NCBI GenBank assembly: GCA_963718915.1
Contig: CAVRAI010000007.1
Location: forward strand, 30,001-62,000
Reading direction: 5' to 3'
Source of the DNA: an uncultured Chloroflexia bacterium
Lineage (GTDB): Bacteria > Chloroflexota > Ktedonobacteria > Ktedonobacterales > JADMIN01
DNA length: 32,000 bases
Notes under the pieces: generated by a model
What the model was told of the DNA's origin: nothing
Database searches by the model: none
What the model saw: the letters and a program-made list of their open reading frames with translations, nothing else
Program-made: the position numbers and the translations under genes
Shown here: piece by piece, positions 1 through 7,951 of the stretch
Layout: every line of letters starts with the position of its first letter
Position numbering within the stretch: position 1 is the first letter of the stretch

Positions 1-1293
1 GCTGGCGCGATAGCCTCGCCACGGCGCGGCGGCAATCTCGCCCTCGACGGTCGTGTTGGGGACAGAGTACGCTCCGATAAACGCGGCCACGCTAGCGAGC
101 AGACAGATGACCATGCCAATCGCGGCCCAGCCCTCCTTCGATATCACCATCAGCAGGATAGCCACCGCCGCCAGCGCCAGCCCGACGACACCCACGATGT
201 AGAGCGGACGACGCCGCGCGGACGCAGCCTCGGGGTCGTACCACCCGCGCTCGGTCAGTTCGCGGCGCAGTTCCGTCCTGGGTTCGCTCCACCTGAGCCG
301 CGCTCTGGCGAGGTCATCGCCACTGAGCGTATGGTCGCCCTCGTCTGCCTGCGCCACGAGGCCATCCCAGACGCTCTGCTCGTAGCCCGTCAGGTCTTTG
401 CCGTCGCTCAGGAGGCTCATCTGTACCTTCTTCGCGCTCACCGGCTCGATGGTGAGCAGCCCACGCCGGGCAAAGTCCAGCACCGTCGCCTCGATCTGGG
501 CGTCGCTCACCCGCCCCTTGATGAGCGCCCCGGCAAGCGCGGGCGAGAGATCGCCGGGAGTCGCCAGCGCCAGCGGATCGAGGTGCACACCATCGCCCGC
601 GGTGCTCAGTGGCTGTTGGCGGCGCATGCGCATGTAGAGCAGCCCCACCACGCCCGCGAAGAGCAGCGCCAGGATGTTATATGGCAGGCGTCCGAGGAAT
701 GCGGAGACCACCTGTGATTGTGGTGGGGGTGGTGGCCCATAGACCAGATCGTGCGCCACCTGTTGCAGCCCGGCGGCGATTCCCGCGGCGGTCTGCCCGC
801 TCGTCAGCAGCGGCGTCATCACATCGGTACGAATCCGATCCAGTTCGGCCTGTGGTAGATTCCCTTTCTGATAGTGTTTCTCGCCCGCGTAGAGCGCCAC
901 CGTGCCGTGGTGAAGGTCGCCTGGCTTGAGATTGAAGAACATCACAAAGCCATCGCGCGCGCCGGGGTGCGACTCCACATTCCAGCGCCCCATCAGGTCG
1001 ATGGCGTCCTGTAATGTCTCGTTCGCCGTGGTGTCGCGCGCCTGCAAGTACACGATGGTGGGCGCTCCAGCGCGCTCGACCGCCGCGGCATCCTTTTCCA
1101 GCGTCGCGATCTCCGTTGTTGTGAGGAGACCCGTGCAGTCGTAGATATGCTGTCCGGCAACCGGACCGGTACAGCTATTGCGCGCCGCTGCCGAGACGCC
1201 GCTGGCTCCGGCCTGAATCATACCGACAGCCAGCAGCAGGACAACTGGCGCAAGCGCCACAGCCCACCATCTCCGCCAGTGATGTGCGTGCAT
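1..1293 (-). CDS. TPM-domain / DUF2207-like membrane protein, C-terminus runs off the window
   Basis: Minus-strand frame is open from ATG 1293 (GGAGG at 1303-1307 on the minus strand) down to position 1. It is absent from the ORF track because there is no stop in the window. My translation: MHAHHWRRWWAVALAPVVLLLAVG (signal/TM), a TPM-like part (LLTTTEIATLEKDAAAVERAGAPTIVYL...GFVMFFNLKPGD), a poly-Pro stretch, a TM segment, then a DUF2207-like part (LSPALAGALIKGRVSDAQIEATVLDFARRGLL) and a further TM. Confidence 0.7.
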   Translation of the reverse strand, partial: MHAHHWRRWWAVALAPVVLLLAVGMIQAGASGVSAAARNSCTGPVAGQHIYDCTGLLTTTEIATLEKDAAAVERAGAPTIVYLQARDTTANETLQDAIDLMGRWNVESHPGARDGFVMFFNLKPGDLHHGTVALYAGEKHYQKGNLPQAELDRIRTDVMTPLLTSGQTAAGIAAGLQQVAHDLVYGPPPPPQSQVVSAFLGRLPYNILALLFAGVVGLLYMRMRRQQPLSTAGDGVHLDPLALATPGDLSPALAGALIKGRVSDAQIEATVLDFARRGLLTIEPVSAKKVQMSLLSDGKDLTGYEQSVWDGLVAQADEGDHTLSGDDLARARLRWSEPRTELRRELTERGWYDPEAASARRRPLYIVGVVGLALAAVAILLMVISKEGWAAIGMVICLLASVAAFIGAYSVPNTTVEGEIAAAPWRGYRAS

Positions 1294-1533
1294 CAGCCGT
1301 TTCCTCCAGGATAGGAAGCGGGCAGGTTTGCTTGCCGCTCCCACGTCATCCTTACATCTACTCACCGACCCTCAAACGCATTGCGCGCCTGCCTGTAACG
1401 TATACGCAGTAGCGCGCTACTGGATGCATCGCGCCATGACGTAGCGCACATGCGCGCGCTGCTCAAGCGCCCTATGCGGCGTGAGGAATAAGGGGCGATC
1501 TGTGGGTGCTTGAGAAGGTACAGGATTGAATAA

Positions 1534-1809
1534 CTATCCACCGACCTTCTTGAATATGGCCAGGTAGTCGCCGGTCAGATTACGGTTGGCTAACCCAGGA
1601 AGCGCACCCTCTTCCTCAGGCGCCGGTTGTACTACTGCCTGAATGGTCACCAACTCCCACCCATCGGCCCAATCGCCTTTCCCGCTCCCGCGCCTCCCGC
1701 GCCGCTCACCAGACTGTTCGCTACGCCAGTATAGCGTACCCAGGCGCGCAAAGGCTACCTCTGGGGCGCGGGCGACGCCCAGCGCATACGCCGTTTGATT
1801 TAGACACAC
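1534..1809 (-). CDS. hypothetical protein (doubtful ORF in a degenerate region)
   Basis: 91-codon ORF with a GTG start, no convincing RBS, no internal Met and no recognisable motif. It lies in the scar region upstream of the truncated aldehyde dehydrogenase. Confidence 0.2.
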   Translation of the reverse strand: MCLNQTAYALGVARAPEVAFARLGTLYWRSEQSGERRGRRGSGKGDWADGWELVTIQAVVQPAPEEEGALPGLANRNLTGDYLAIFKKVGG

Positions 1810-1962
1810 TGGCCAATAGGGCGGTCGAGATGTATGGTACTTCGGCCATTCCTAGCTCGCTGGTTTCCCCACTATACTTCCTCCAATCCGTCAAAAGGTC
1901 AGCTCACTGGAGAGACGCAGGCGGATTGTACGTTGGCGCGGCCACAGTAAGGCAGAAACAGC

Positions 1963-2235
1963 ATGGCTGACATGCCAGGCAACAACCAGGCGGCAGTGCA
2001 GACCGAGCAACGTGAGCGTGACGCTCAGCAACTAGCCAAGCTCGGCGCGAGTCCGGCTGCGCTGCCTATGGCCCGCAACCTGCAGTTCGGCACGGTATGG
2101 ATCAACACGCACATCCCGCTCGTGAACGAGATGCCGCACGGCGGCTACCAGCAGAGCGGCAACGGAAAGGGCATGGGGATCTATTCGCTCCCGGAGTACA
2201 CGCAGATCAAGCACGTCATGGCCTCCCATGACTGA
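1963..2235 (+). pseudogene. aldehyde dehydrogenase (PatD/YdcW-like) C-terminal remnant, 5'-truncated
   Basis: Only about the last 60 codons resemble the ALDH C-terminus (ARNLQFGTVWINTHIPLVNEMPHGGYQQSGNGKGMGIYSLPEYTQIKHVM). There is an in-frame stop at 1948-1950 and no ALDH catalytic core upstream. Its stop overlaps the next ATG (ATGACTGA, 2228-2235). Confidence 0.7.
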
Positions 2236-3259
2236 CGCCGCGAAAGGCCCGGCCCTCAAGCTCGAGGCCGTTCGGAAGAACTACGGGCACGTCGTCGTCG
2301 TTGATGGCGTCGACCTCGTGGTCGACCGCGGTGAGTTCTTCACCCTGGTCGGACCTTCGGGGTCGGGCAAGACCACGTTGCTGCGTTTGATCGCGGGGTT
2401 CGAGCGACCGGACTCTGGCCGCATCGAGTTGGCTGGCCGAGACGTCACCTCCATCCCTCCCTACCAGCGCGAGACCAACACCGTGTTCCAGGACTACGCG
2501 CTCTTCCCGCACATGTCGGTGGCGGACAACATCGGCTACGGGTTGCGCATCAAGGGCGTGGCGAGGCAAACCCGAGACGAGCGGGTCCAGCGTGCGCTCG
2601 ACATGGTCCGGCTCAGCGGGCTCGGCGGCCGCCGCCCCAATCAGCTTTCGGGCGGGCAGCGGCAGCGCGTCGCGCTGGCGCGCGCCGTTGTCAACGAGCC
2701 CGAGGTGCTACTGCTCGACGAGCCGCTCGGAGCGCTGGACCTCAAGCTGCGCCAGGAGATGCAGATCGAGTTGAAGCAGATCCAGAAAGAGGTTGGCATC
2801 ACCTTCGTCTACGTCACCCACGACCAGGAGGAGGCGCTTACCATGAGCGACCGCGTGGCGGTGATGTCGAGCGGCCGAATCCAGCAGATCGGTACCCCCG
2901 TGGAGGTCTACGAGCAGCCCGCGACCGAGTTCGTCGCCGACTTCATCGGCATCTCCAATATCCTCCTCCGCGACGGCGTCCGCTTTGTCGTGCGGCCGGA
3001 GAAGATCCGCATGCTGGCGGAGGGCGAGCCGGCCGACGTCGGCATGACCGTCGAGCCGGGGCGCGTCGAGCAGGTCGTCTATGCGGGCATGTCGACGCGC
3101 TACATCGTGCACCTCGATCGCGGGGAGAAGTTGGTGGCGGTGCGCCAGAACATGGACGCTCAGGACGATGCCCAGAAGTTTGAAGGCCAGCCGGTCCGCC
3201 TGGCCTGGACGGCGGACCACACATATGTGCTCGACAAGGGAGAGGTAGGAAGTCGATGA
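2228..3259 (+). CDS. ABC transporter ATP-binding protein, spermidine/putrescine (PotA/YdcT)-type
   Basis: Walker [10 protein letters not shown], signature [14 protein letters not shown], Walker B LLLDEP, and a C-terminal regulatory (TOBE-like) extension. ATGA overlap with the next gene. Confidence 0.9.
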   Translation: MTDAAKGPALKLEAVRKNYGHVVVVDGVDLVVDRGEFFTLVGPSGSGKTTLLRLIAGFERPDSGRIELAGRDVTSIPPYQRETNTVFQDYALFPHMSVADNIGYGLRIKGVARQTRDERVQRALDMVRLSGLGGRRPNQLSGGQRQRVALARAVVNEPEVLLLDEPLGALDLKLRQEMQIELKQIQKEVGITFVYVTHDQEEALTMSDRVAVMSSGRIQQIGTPVEVYEQPATEFVADFIGISNILLRDGVRFVVRPEKIRMLAEGEPADVGMTVEPGRVEQVVYAGMSTRYIVHLDRGEKLVAVRQNMDAQDDAQKFEGQPVRLAWTADHTYVLDKGEVGSR

Positions 3260-4449
3260 GGCGGGGTATGAAGTCCATGAAGTTCGGGGGTCTGGTAGCG
3301 GCGTCGCTGCTGTTGCTCGCCGCATGCGGTTCCAGTGGCGGCACTGCCAGGCCCACGACGCAGCAGCCGCCAACGGCGAACATGAAGCCGCAAACCACCA
3401 TCGGCGCCGGCGAGGGTCAGCTGAACCTGATCCTGTGGGACGGCTACGCCGACAAATCGTGGGTCGACCCGTTCACCCAGGCAACCGGCTGCAAGGTCAA
3501 CCAACACCCTGCCGGATCGTCGGACGAGATGGTCAGCCTGATGAAGAACGGCGGCGGCGGGCAGTGGGACATGGTCTCAGCTTCCGGTGACGCGGACCTG
3601 CGCCTGATCTACGGTGGCGACGTCAAGCCCATGAACGTTGGCCTGATCCCCGACTGGCAGAACTTCCAGACATATTTCAAGAACCCGCCGTTCAACACGA
3701 TCAACGGCGTGCACTACGGCGTCTCGCTCCAGTGGGGCCCCAACACACTGCTCTACAACACCAAGGCATTCCCCAACAAGCCGACCAGCTGGTCGGTCAT
3801 CTACGACCCCGCCTACAAAGGCAAGATCACGGTGCCCGACAACCCGATTCAGATCGCCGACGCAGCGCTCTACCTCAGCAAGACGCAACCGAACCTTGGC
3901 ATCAAGGACCCATACGAACTGACGCAGTCGCAGTTTGATGCGGCGGTCAACCTGCTCAAGCAGCAGCAGCCGCTGATCAAGCACTATTGGTCGCTCGCCA
4001 CCGACGAGATCTCCCTGTTCCAGAACGGTGACGTCGTCGTCGGCGCGGCCTGGCCGTACCAGACGATCACGCTCAAGGCAGCTGGCGCACCGGCCGACGA
4101 TACCATCCCACAGGAGGGCGCCACGGGGTGGGCCGACACGTGGATGCTGGCGACTAAAGCTCCTCACCCCAACTGCGCCTACCTCTGGGCCAAGTGGGTG
4201 AGCACCCCGCAGGTGCAGGCCGAGCAGGCCCTCTCCTTCGGCGAGACGCCAGTGAACAGCAAGGCATGCGCCGTGATGGAGACCCTGCAGGCTGGCTCGT
4301 GCGCGAAATACCACGCCGACCAGACCAGCAGCGCGTACTTCAGCACCATCGCTTTCTGGAAGACGCCTCTTGCGACCTGCGACGACGGAACCAACAACTG
4401 CGTACCCTACGCGCAGTGGGTCGCCGCCTGGACAACGATCAAGGGGTAG
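3256..4449 (+). CDS. extracellular solute-binding lipoprotein, PotD/PotF/YdcS family
   Basis: Signal peptide with lipobox LLLLAAC-GSSGG, and family-1 SBP length and composition. RBS GGAAG lies before ATG 3256. Sits between the ATPase and the permeases. Confidence 0.85.
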   Translation: MRRGMKSMKFGGLVAASLLLLAACGSSGGTARPTTQQPPTANMKPQTTIGAGEGQLNLILWDGYADKSWVDPFTQATGCKVNQHPAGSSDEMVSLMKNGGGGQWDMVSASGDADLRLIYGGDVKPMNVGLIPDWQNFQTYFKNPPFNTINGVHYGVSLQWGPNTLLYNTKAFPNKPTSWSVIYDPAYKGKITVPDNPIQIADAALYLSKTQPNLGIKDPYELTQSQFDAAVNLLKQQQPLIKHYWSLATDEISLFQNGDVVVGAAWPYQTITLKAAGAPADDTIPQEGATGWADTWMLATKAPHPNCAYLWAKWVSTPQVQAEQALSFGETPVNSKACAVMETLQAGSCAKYHADQTSSAYFSTIAFWKTPLATCDDGTNNCVPYAQWVAAWTTIKG

Positions 4450-4453
4450 CCGC

Positions 4454-5374
4454 ATGTCGATAGAAGCGATCCGACGGCTCCGTCCCAGGAGGGGCGGGGC
4501 CGGGGGCGTCCCGTTTTCTAGCTTCCTGTGGCGCCTGCCGTGGCTGCGCCCCGTGCTCCTCCTGACCCCGCCGCTGGCGTGGTTCGTGGTGATCTACTTC
4601 GCGTCTCTCGCGCTGCTGCTGATCACCGCCTTCTGGACGATCAACCCGTTCACGACTCAGGTCGTCCAGCAGTGGAATCTCGACAACTTCCGGATCATCC
4701 TGACTGACTCGACGTACTGGTCGATCATCGGCCGAACCGTCCTCATCGCATCGCTGGTCACCATCACTGATGCGGTGCTCGCCTTTCCTCTCGCCTACTA
4801 CATGGCCCGCGTGGCCTCGCGGCGCGTGCAGACCCTCCTGTTCGCCGCCGTGCTACTGCCGCTGTGGGCGAGCTACCTCGCCCGCGTCTACTCCTGGATC
4901 CTGATCCTCAACCACGACGGCCTTCTGAACTGGAGCCTTCAATCGATCGGCCTGCCCCCCGCGAACATCGGCTACACGAACACCGCGATGTGGCTCGTCT
5001 TTTCCTACATCTGGCTGCCCTTCATGATCATTCCGACCTACACCGCGCTCGAACGGGTGCCCGAGTCGCTGCTCGATGCGGCGGCCGACCTCGGCGCCCG
5101 CCGCTGGCGCGCCGTGCGCGACGTGGTTCTCCCGCTGGCCCTGCCGGGCATGGTCGCCGGATCGATCTTTACGTTCTCGCTGACGCTCGGCGACTTCATC
5201 ACGCCGCTCCTGGTCGGCGGGGCGAGCTCCAACTTCATCGGCAACGTCGTCTACGCCAACATTGGCATCGCCAACAACGTGCCGTTCGCGGCGGCGCTGA
5301 CCATGGTGCCGGTGGCGATCATGGTCGTTTACTTGACGATCGCCTACAAGCTGGGCGCCTTCGAGGCACTGTAA
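4454..5374 (+). CDS. ABC transporter permease (PotB-like)
   Basis: Multi-TM protein with the EAA loop LLDAAADLGARRWRAVRDVVLPLALPG. I chose ATG 4454 (MSIEAIRRL; RBS AAGGGG 7 nt upstream) rather than track start 4370, which overlaps the binding-protein gene. Confidence 0.85.
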   Translation: MSIEAIRRLRPRRGGAGGVPFSSFLWRLPWLRPVLLLTPPLAWFVVIYFASLALLLITAFWTINPFTTQVVQQWNLDNFRIILTDSTYWSIIGRTVLIASLVTITDAVLAFPLAYYMARVASRRVQTLLFAAVLLPLWASYLARVYSWILILNHDGLLNWSLQSIGLPPANIGYTNTAMWLVFSYIWLPFMIIPTYTALERVPESLLDAAADLGARRWRAVRDVVLPLALPGMVAGSIFTFSLTLGDFITPLLVGGASSNFIGNVVYANIGIANNVPFAAALTMVPVAIMVVYLTIAYKLGAFEAL

Positions 5375-5530
5375 AGGATGGAAGGTGACAACTCCCCACG
5401 GCGAAAGCCGGGGGCTTCTAGGCCGAAGCCAGAGACTGTTGCCCCAGTCTCAAAATGTTCAGGCTGGCGTTATAGTCGCGATCCAAGACGATCCCACAGC
5501 AGGGACAGGTATAGATGCGGTCGGAGAGGG
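5355..5530 (-). ncRNA. predicted TnpB omega-RNA (reRNA): scaffold over the tnpB 3' end and right end, plus a 16-nt guide reading into potB
   Basis: Placed by analogy with characterised TnpB elements, where the RNA overlaps the tnpB 3' end and runs across the right end. The right-end hairpin 5392-5425 lies inside it. The predicted guide is AGTGCCTCGAAGGCGC. The 5' limit is not determinable by eye. Confidence 0.35.
5392..5425. repeat. IS right-end subterminal hairpin
   Basis: CTCCCCACGGCGAAAGCCGGGGGCTTCTAGGCCG: the CCCC(A)CGGC / GCCGGGGG stem with a GAAA loop. About 75 % identical to the left-end copy and in the same orientation. Confidence 0.7.
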
Positions 5531-6529
5531 AGAGCGTTTGCCGATGGCCACACTGCGAGCAGTCCTGCGAGGTGTAGGCAGGATTCACGGCGACGTATCT
5601 CCGACCGGCCCATGCTGCCTTGTACGAGAGAAGGTCCGTGAACTGGCTCCACGCCGCGTCATGAATGCTTTTGGCGAGGCAATGGTTATGCGTCATCCGA
5701 TTGACCGACAAATCTTCAACGGCGATCAGATCACAGGTGTCGACAATCTGGCGGCTGTGCTGATGGGTGAAGTCGCTCCGCCGCCATGCAATACGCTCAT
5801 GCACCCGCGCCACGATTCTGCGCCGTCTGGCGCGTTCTGTCGTCCCTTTTCCTCTGTGGACAAGCGGCGCTGCACTTTGGCAAGCGTTTTTTCCTCAGCC
5901 TGGAAGAAGCGCGGGTTGGCAATCTCCTGTCCAGTGCTGAGGGTGGCAAAGGTCTTCAATCCCACGTCAATGCCCACTGGCTGCCCGATCTCCGGCAATG
6001 GCGACGGCTCCGCGCACTCGCAGGAGAAACAGACGTACCACTTGCCAGTGCTGCTCCGGCTGATGGTGGCCGTCTTGGGCATCCCCTCCAGTGGACGATG
6101 GAGAATGATCTTCACCTGTCCGATGCCATACAACCTCAGCCGCCGCGTCTCGTTGTCCAGGTTGCAGCCGACCGGGACTTGTGGATAGGTGATACTGGCA
6201 TAGCGCCCTCTGCCACGAAAGCGCGGGTAGCCCGGTTTCTCACCAGCGCGTACCCGGCGAAAGAACGCCTGGAAGGCCAGATCAATGCGTACAGCGACAT
6301 TCTGCAATACCTGCGATTGCACCGCCGCCAGCGTGGGCCGGGCGGCTTTGAGCAGCGGCAATGTCGCCTGTTGATCGTAGAGGCGCAGCGAGTCCTGGCG
6401 CTGCTCCCAGGCGTCACGCCGGGCAGCCAGCAACTCGTTGTACAACCAGCGGCACTCCTCAAGCTGCTGCTCAAGGAGACGCTGTTGTTGTTTGTTCGGG
6501 TACAGGCGATACTTGAACGTCTTACGCAT
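5418..6529 (-). pseudogene. tnpB: TnpB (RuvC-like RNA-guided endonuclease / OrfB transposase) interrupted by one -1 frameshift
   Basis: The two track ORFs (6529->5726 and 5813->5418) together give a full TnpB: MRKTFKYRLYPNKQQ..., GIDVGLK, IAVEDL, the CSQCGH..CPCCG zinc finger and DRDYNASLNI. The frames join at the AAAAGGG run (+ strand 5844-5850). Confidence 0.9.
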
Positions 6530-6580
6530 GTCAGTATTGTCAACTTAAAGCATGCGCGTTGTCAAGGCGAGAGGCCATTC

Positions 6581-6614
6581 CTCCCCATGCCTGAAGGCAG
6601 GGGTCTTCTGGCCG
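6581..6614. repeat. IS left-end subterminal hairpin
   Basis: CTCCCCATGCCTGAAGGCAGGGGTCTTCTGGCCG: the CCCC(A)TGCC / GGCAGGGG stem with a TGAA loop. Matches the right-end copy. Confidence 0.7.
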
Positions 6615-6633
6615 CAGAAAGGGAAGGTAAACG

Positions 6634-7440
6634 ATGGAAGGAGTCGGCACTCGCATCTTCCTGCGCCTCTGGGCCGTCCTCATCATGCTGTTCCTGTTCA
6701 TCCCGATCCTCTTGATCTTCTTGTACGCGTTCAACACCTCGAACATCGAAAGCTGGCCCATTCCCGGGCTGACGCTCAAGTGGTTCAGCGCCACCTGGAA
6801 CGACGACAACGTGCGATCGGCCTTGCTCGTGTCGCTCCAGGCCGGGCTCCTGGCGACGGCGATCGCTCTCGTCCTCGGCTCGAGCGCCGCGTTCGCGATC
6901 CACCGCACCCGGTTCTTCGGCCGCGAGGTGGTGAGCCTGCTCTTCATCCTGCCCCTGGCCCTGCCGGGCATCATCACCGGCATCGCGCTGAACACGTTCT
7001 TCAGCTTCAACAACATCACGCTGTCGCTCGCGACCATAGTCGTAGGCCACGCCACCTTCTGCATGGTGGTCGTCTACAACAACGTGCTCGCCCGACTTCG
7101 CCGTATGCAGGGATCGCTGATCGAGGCCGCCATGGACCTCGGCGCCAACAGCGTCCAGGTGTTTCGCGACGTCACGCTGCCCCTGATATCGACTGCAGTC
7201 GTGGCCGGCGCCATGCTGGCCTTCGCGCTGTCATTCGACGAGGTCATCGTGACCACCTTCACTGCCGGCGCCCAGAGCACTTTGCCTATCTGGATCTTCG
7301 GCCAGATCCGCCACGGCGTCCTGCTCCCGGAGGTGAACGTCGTCGTGTCGTTCGTGATCCTGGTCACGATCATCCCAGTCGCCGTCGCGGCTCGACTCAC
7401 GGGCGGCGGCGCCGCCCGCGTGCCGGACGCCAGAAGCTAG
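6634..7440 (+). CDS. ABC transporter permease (PotC-like)
   Basis: Six-TM protein with the EAA loop IEAAMDLGANSVQVFRDVTLPLI. RBS GGGAAGG lies 6 nt before the ATG. Confidence 0.88.
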   Translation: MEGVGTRIFLRLWAVLIMLFLFIPILLIFLYAFNTSNIESWPIPGLTLKWFSATWNDDNVRSALLVSLQAGLLATAIALVLGSSAAFAIHRTRFFGREVVSLLFILPLALPGIITGIALNTFFSFNNITLSLATIVVGHATFCMVVVYNNVLARLRRMQGSLIEAAMDLGANSVQVFRDVTLPLISTAVVAGAMLAFALSFDEVIVTTFTAGAQSTLPIWIFGQIRHGVLLPEVNVVVSFVILVTIIPVAVAARLTGGGAARVPDARS

Positions 7441-7586
7441 TTGGGCATGCAGAGCTCACTCTCCGACGACCCGGACTGGCGGTCCGCGATCGATCTCGTA
7501 GCTGCGCTAAGGCGCAGAGAGACCTCGGCTGATTGGAGGGTGATTTTTGGCCGGTGGGCGTCAATCTGGGGGTCAAAACAAGAATC

Positions 7587-7622
7587 GGCTCTACGGTTGC
7601 TAGCCGTGGAGCCTGATTTTTT
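7587..7622. terminator. bidirectional intrinsic terminator between the ABC operon and tRNA-Thr
   Basis: 10-bp stem GGCTCTACGG / CCGTGGAGCC (one G-U pair) with a 7-nt loop. It is followed by TGATTTTTT on the plus strand and by GATTCTTGTTTTG on the minus strand. Confidence 0.6.
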
Positions 7623-7626
7623 AGGG

Positions 7627-7699
7627 AGCCGATGGACGGACTCGAACCGACAACCTGAGGTTTACAAAACCACTGCTCTGCCAATTGAGCTACATCGGC
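7627..7699 (-). tRNA. tRNA-Thr (anticodon UGU)
   Basis: Hand-folded 73-nt cloverleaf: acceptor GCCGATG/CATCGGC, D arm GCTC-AATTGGCA-GAGC, anticodon loop TTTGTAA, T loop TTCGAGT. There is one U-U mismatch each in the anticodon and T stems. CCA is not encoded. Confidence 0.85.
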
Positions 7700-7745
7700 C
7701 TGTTGAGGTATGGCGCGGCATTGTGCCAGCGCGTGCTCCGTGGGC

Positions 7746-7774
7746 AGTATAGCACCGGGCATGCGGAGCGTCAA
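7746..7774 (-). promoter_or_regulatory. sigma-70-type promoter for tRNA-Thr
   Basis: Minus strand reads TTGACG, a 17-nt spacer, then TATACT. The -10 box is about 45 nt upstream of the mature tRNA 5' end. Confidence 0.55.
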
Positions 7775-7951
7775 CGCGCGCGACGGCTGAGAGTCCCGTT
7801 TCTCCGTACAATGACCGGTTGACAGGGCGTCATAATAGACATGTAAAACAGGCTCAAGACCGGCGCGTTACCCGCAAACATTTGTGCGGCCACGCGCTCG
7901 GCGAGGCGTCGCGAAACTGGAGCGCGTAGCTGGAGAGAAGCGAGGGGCTGT

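Larger units (their letters stand above)
5371..6626 (-). mobile_element. IS200/IS605-family (IS1341-like) tnpB-only insertion element
   Basis: A 1256-bp insert between two normally abutting permease genes carries only tnpB. It has similar same-strand subterminal hairpins at both ends and an imperfect 17-nt flanking repeat. Removing it restores a TAA-ACG-ATG gene junction. The ends are ambiguous within the 17-nt repeat. Confidence 0.75.

Noticed and set aside
4370-4453. Track start 4370 for the first permease, and likewise 12983 for the Mre11-like gene, 26933 (TTG) for ispG, 29664 for dxr, 20389 for ybaB and 29762 for the hypothetical gene.
   Set aside because: These upstream extensions overlap the preceding gene or lack an RBS. 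The internal ATGs chosen have Shine-Dalgarno sequences and give N-termini typical of the families.
2708-4455. Long antisense ORFs in the track (2708..3373 -, 2943..3401 -, 3577..4455 -). The same applies to 5385..6188 +, 5786..6715 +, 6552..7532 +, 7868..8653 -, 12950..13660 -, 13772..14437 -, 17802..18533 +, 21051..21752 -, 27116..27889 +, 29850..30335 - and others.
   Set aside because: These are shadow ORFs typical of high-GC DNA. They are Arg/Ala/Gly/Pro-rich low-complexity translations with no motifs, and each lies opposite or out of frame with a gene that has clear family signatures.
5371-6643. Interpreting the 17-nt flanking repeat as a conventional target-site duplication.
   Set aside because: IS200/IS605-type elements do not make target-site duplications, 17 nt would be exceptionally long, and the copies differ at 2 positions. 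It is better explained by the element's right end mimicking the target (both end in TTTAC on the element strand). It is kept as an alternative in the finding.
7441-7586. ORF 7441..7752 + (103 aa) and a possible mini-ORF after GGAGGG at about 7537.
   Set aside because: The long ORF runs through the terminator and the antisense strand of the tRNA gene, so it is an artefact. The mini-ORF has only a TTG start and nothing else to support it.
7819-7847. TTGACA-17-TGTAAA as the promoter of the GmrSD-like gene, and TTGCCT-17-TAGTAT at 31298-31326 for the dienelactone hydrolase gene.
   Set aside because: Both are plausible, but the -10 (first case) or -35 (second case) is weak and nothing else supports them. 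They are not listed as features.
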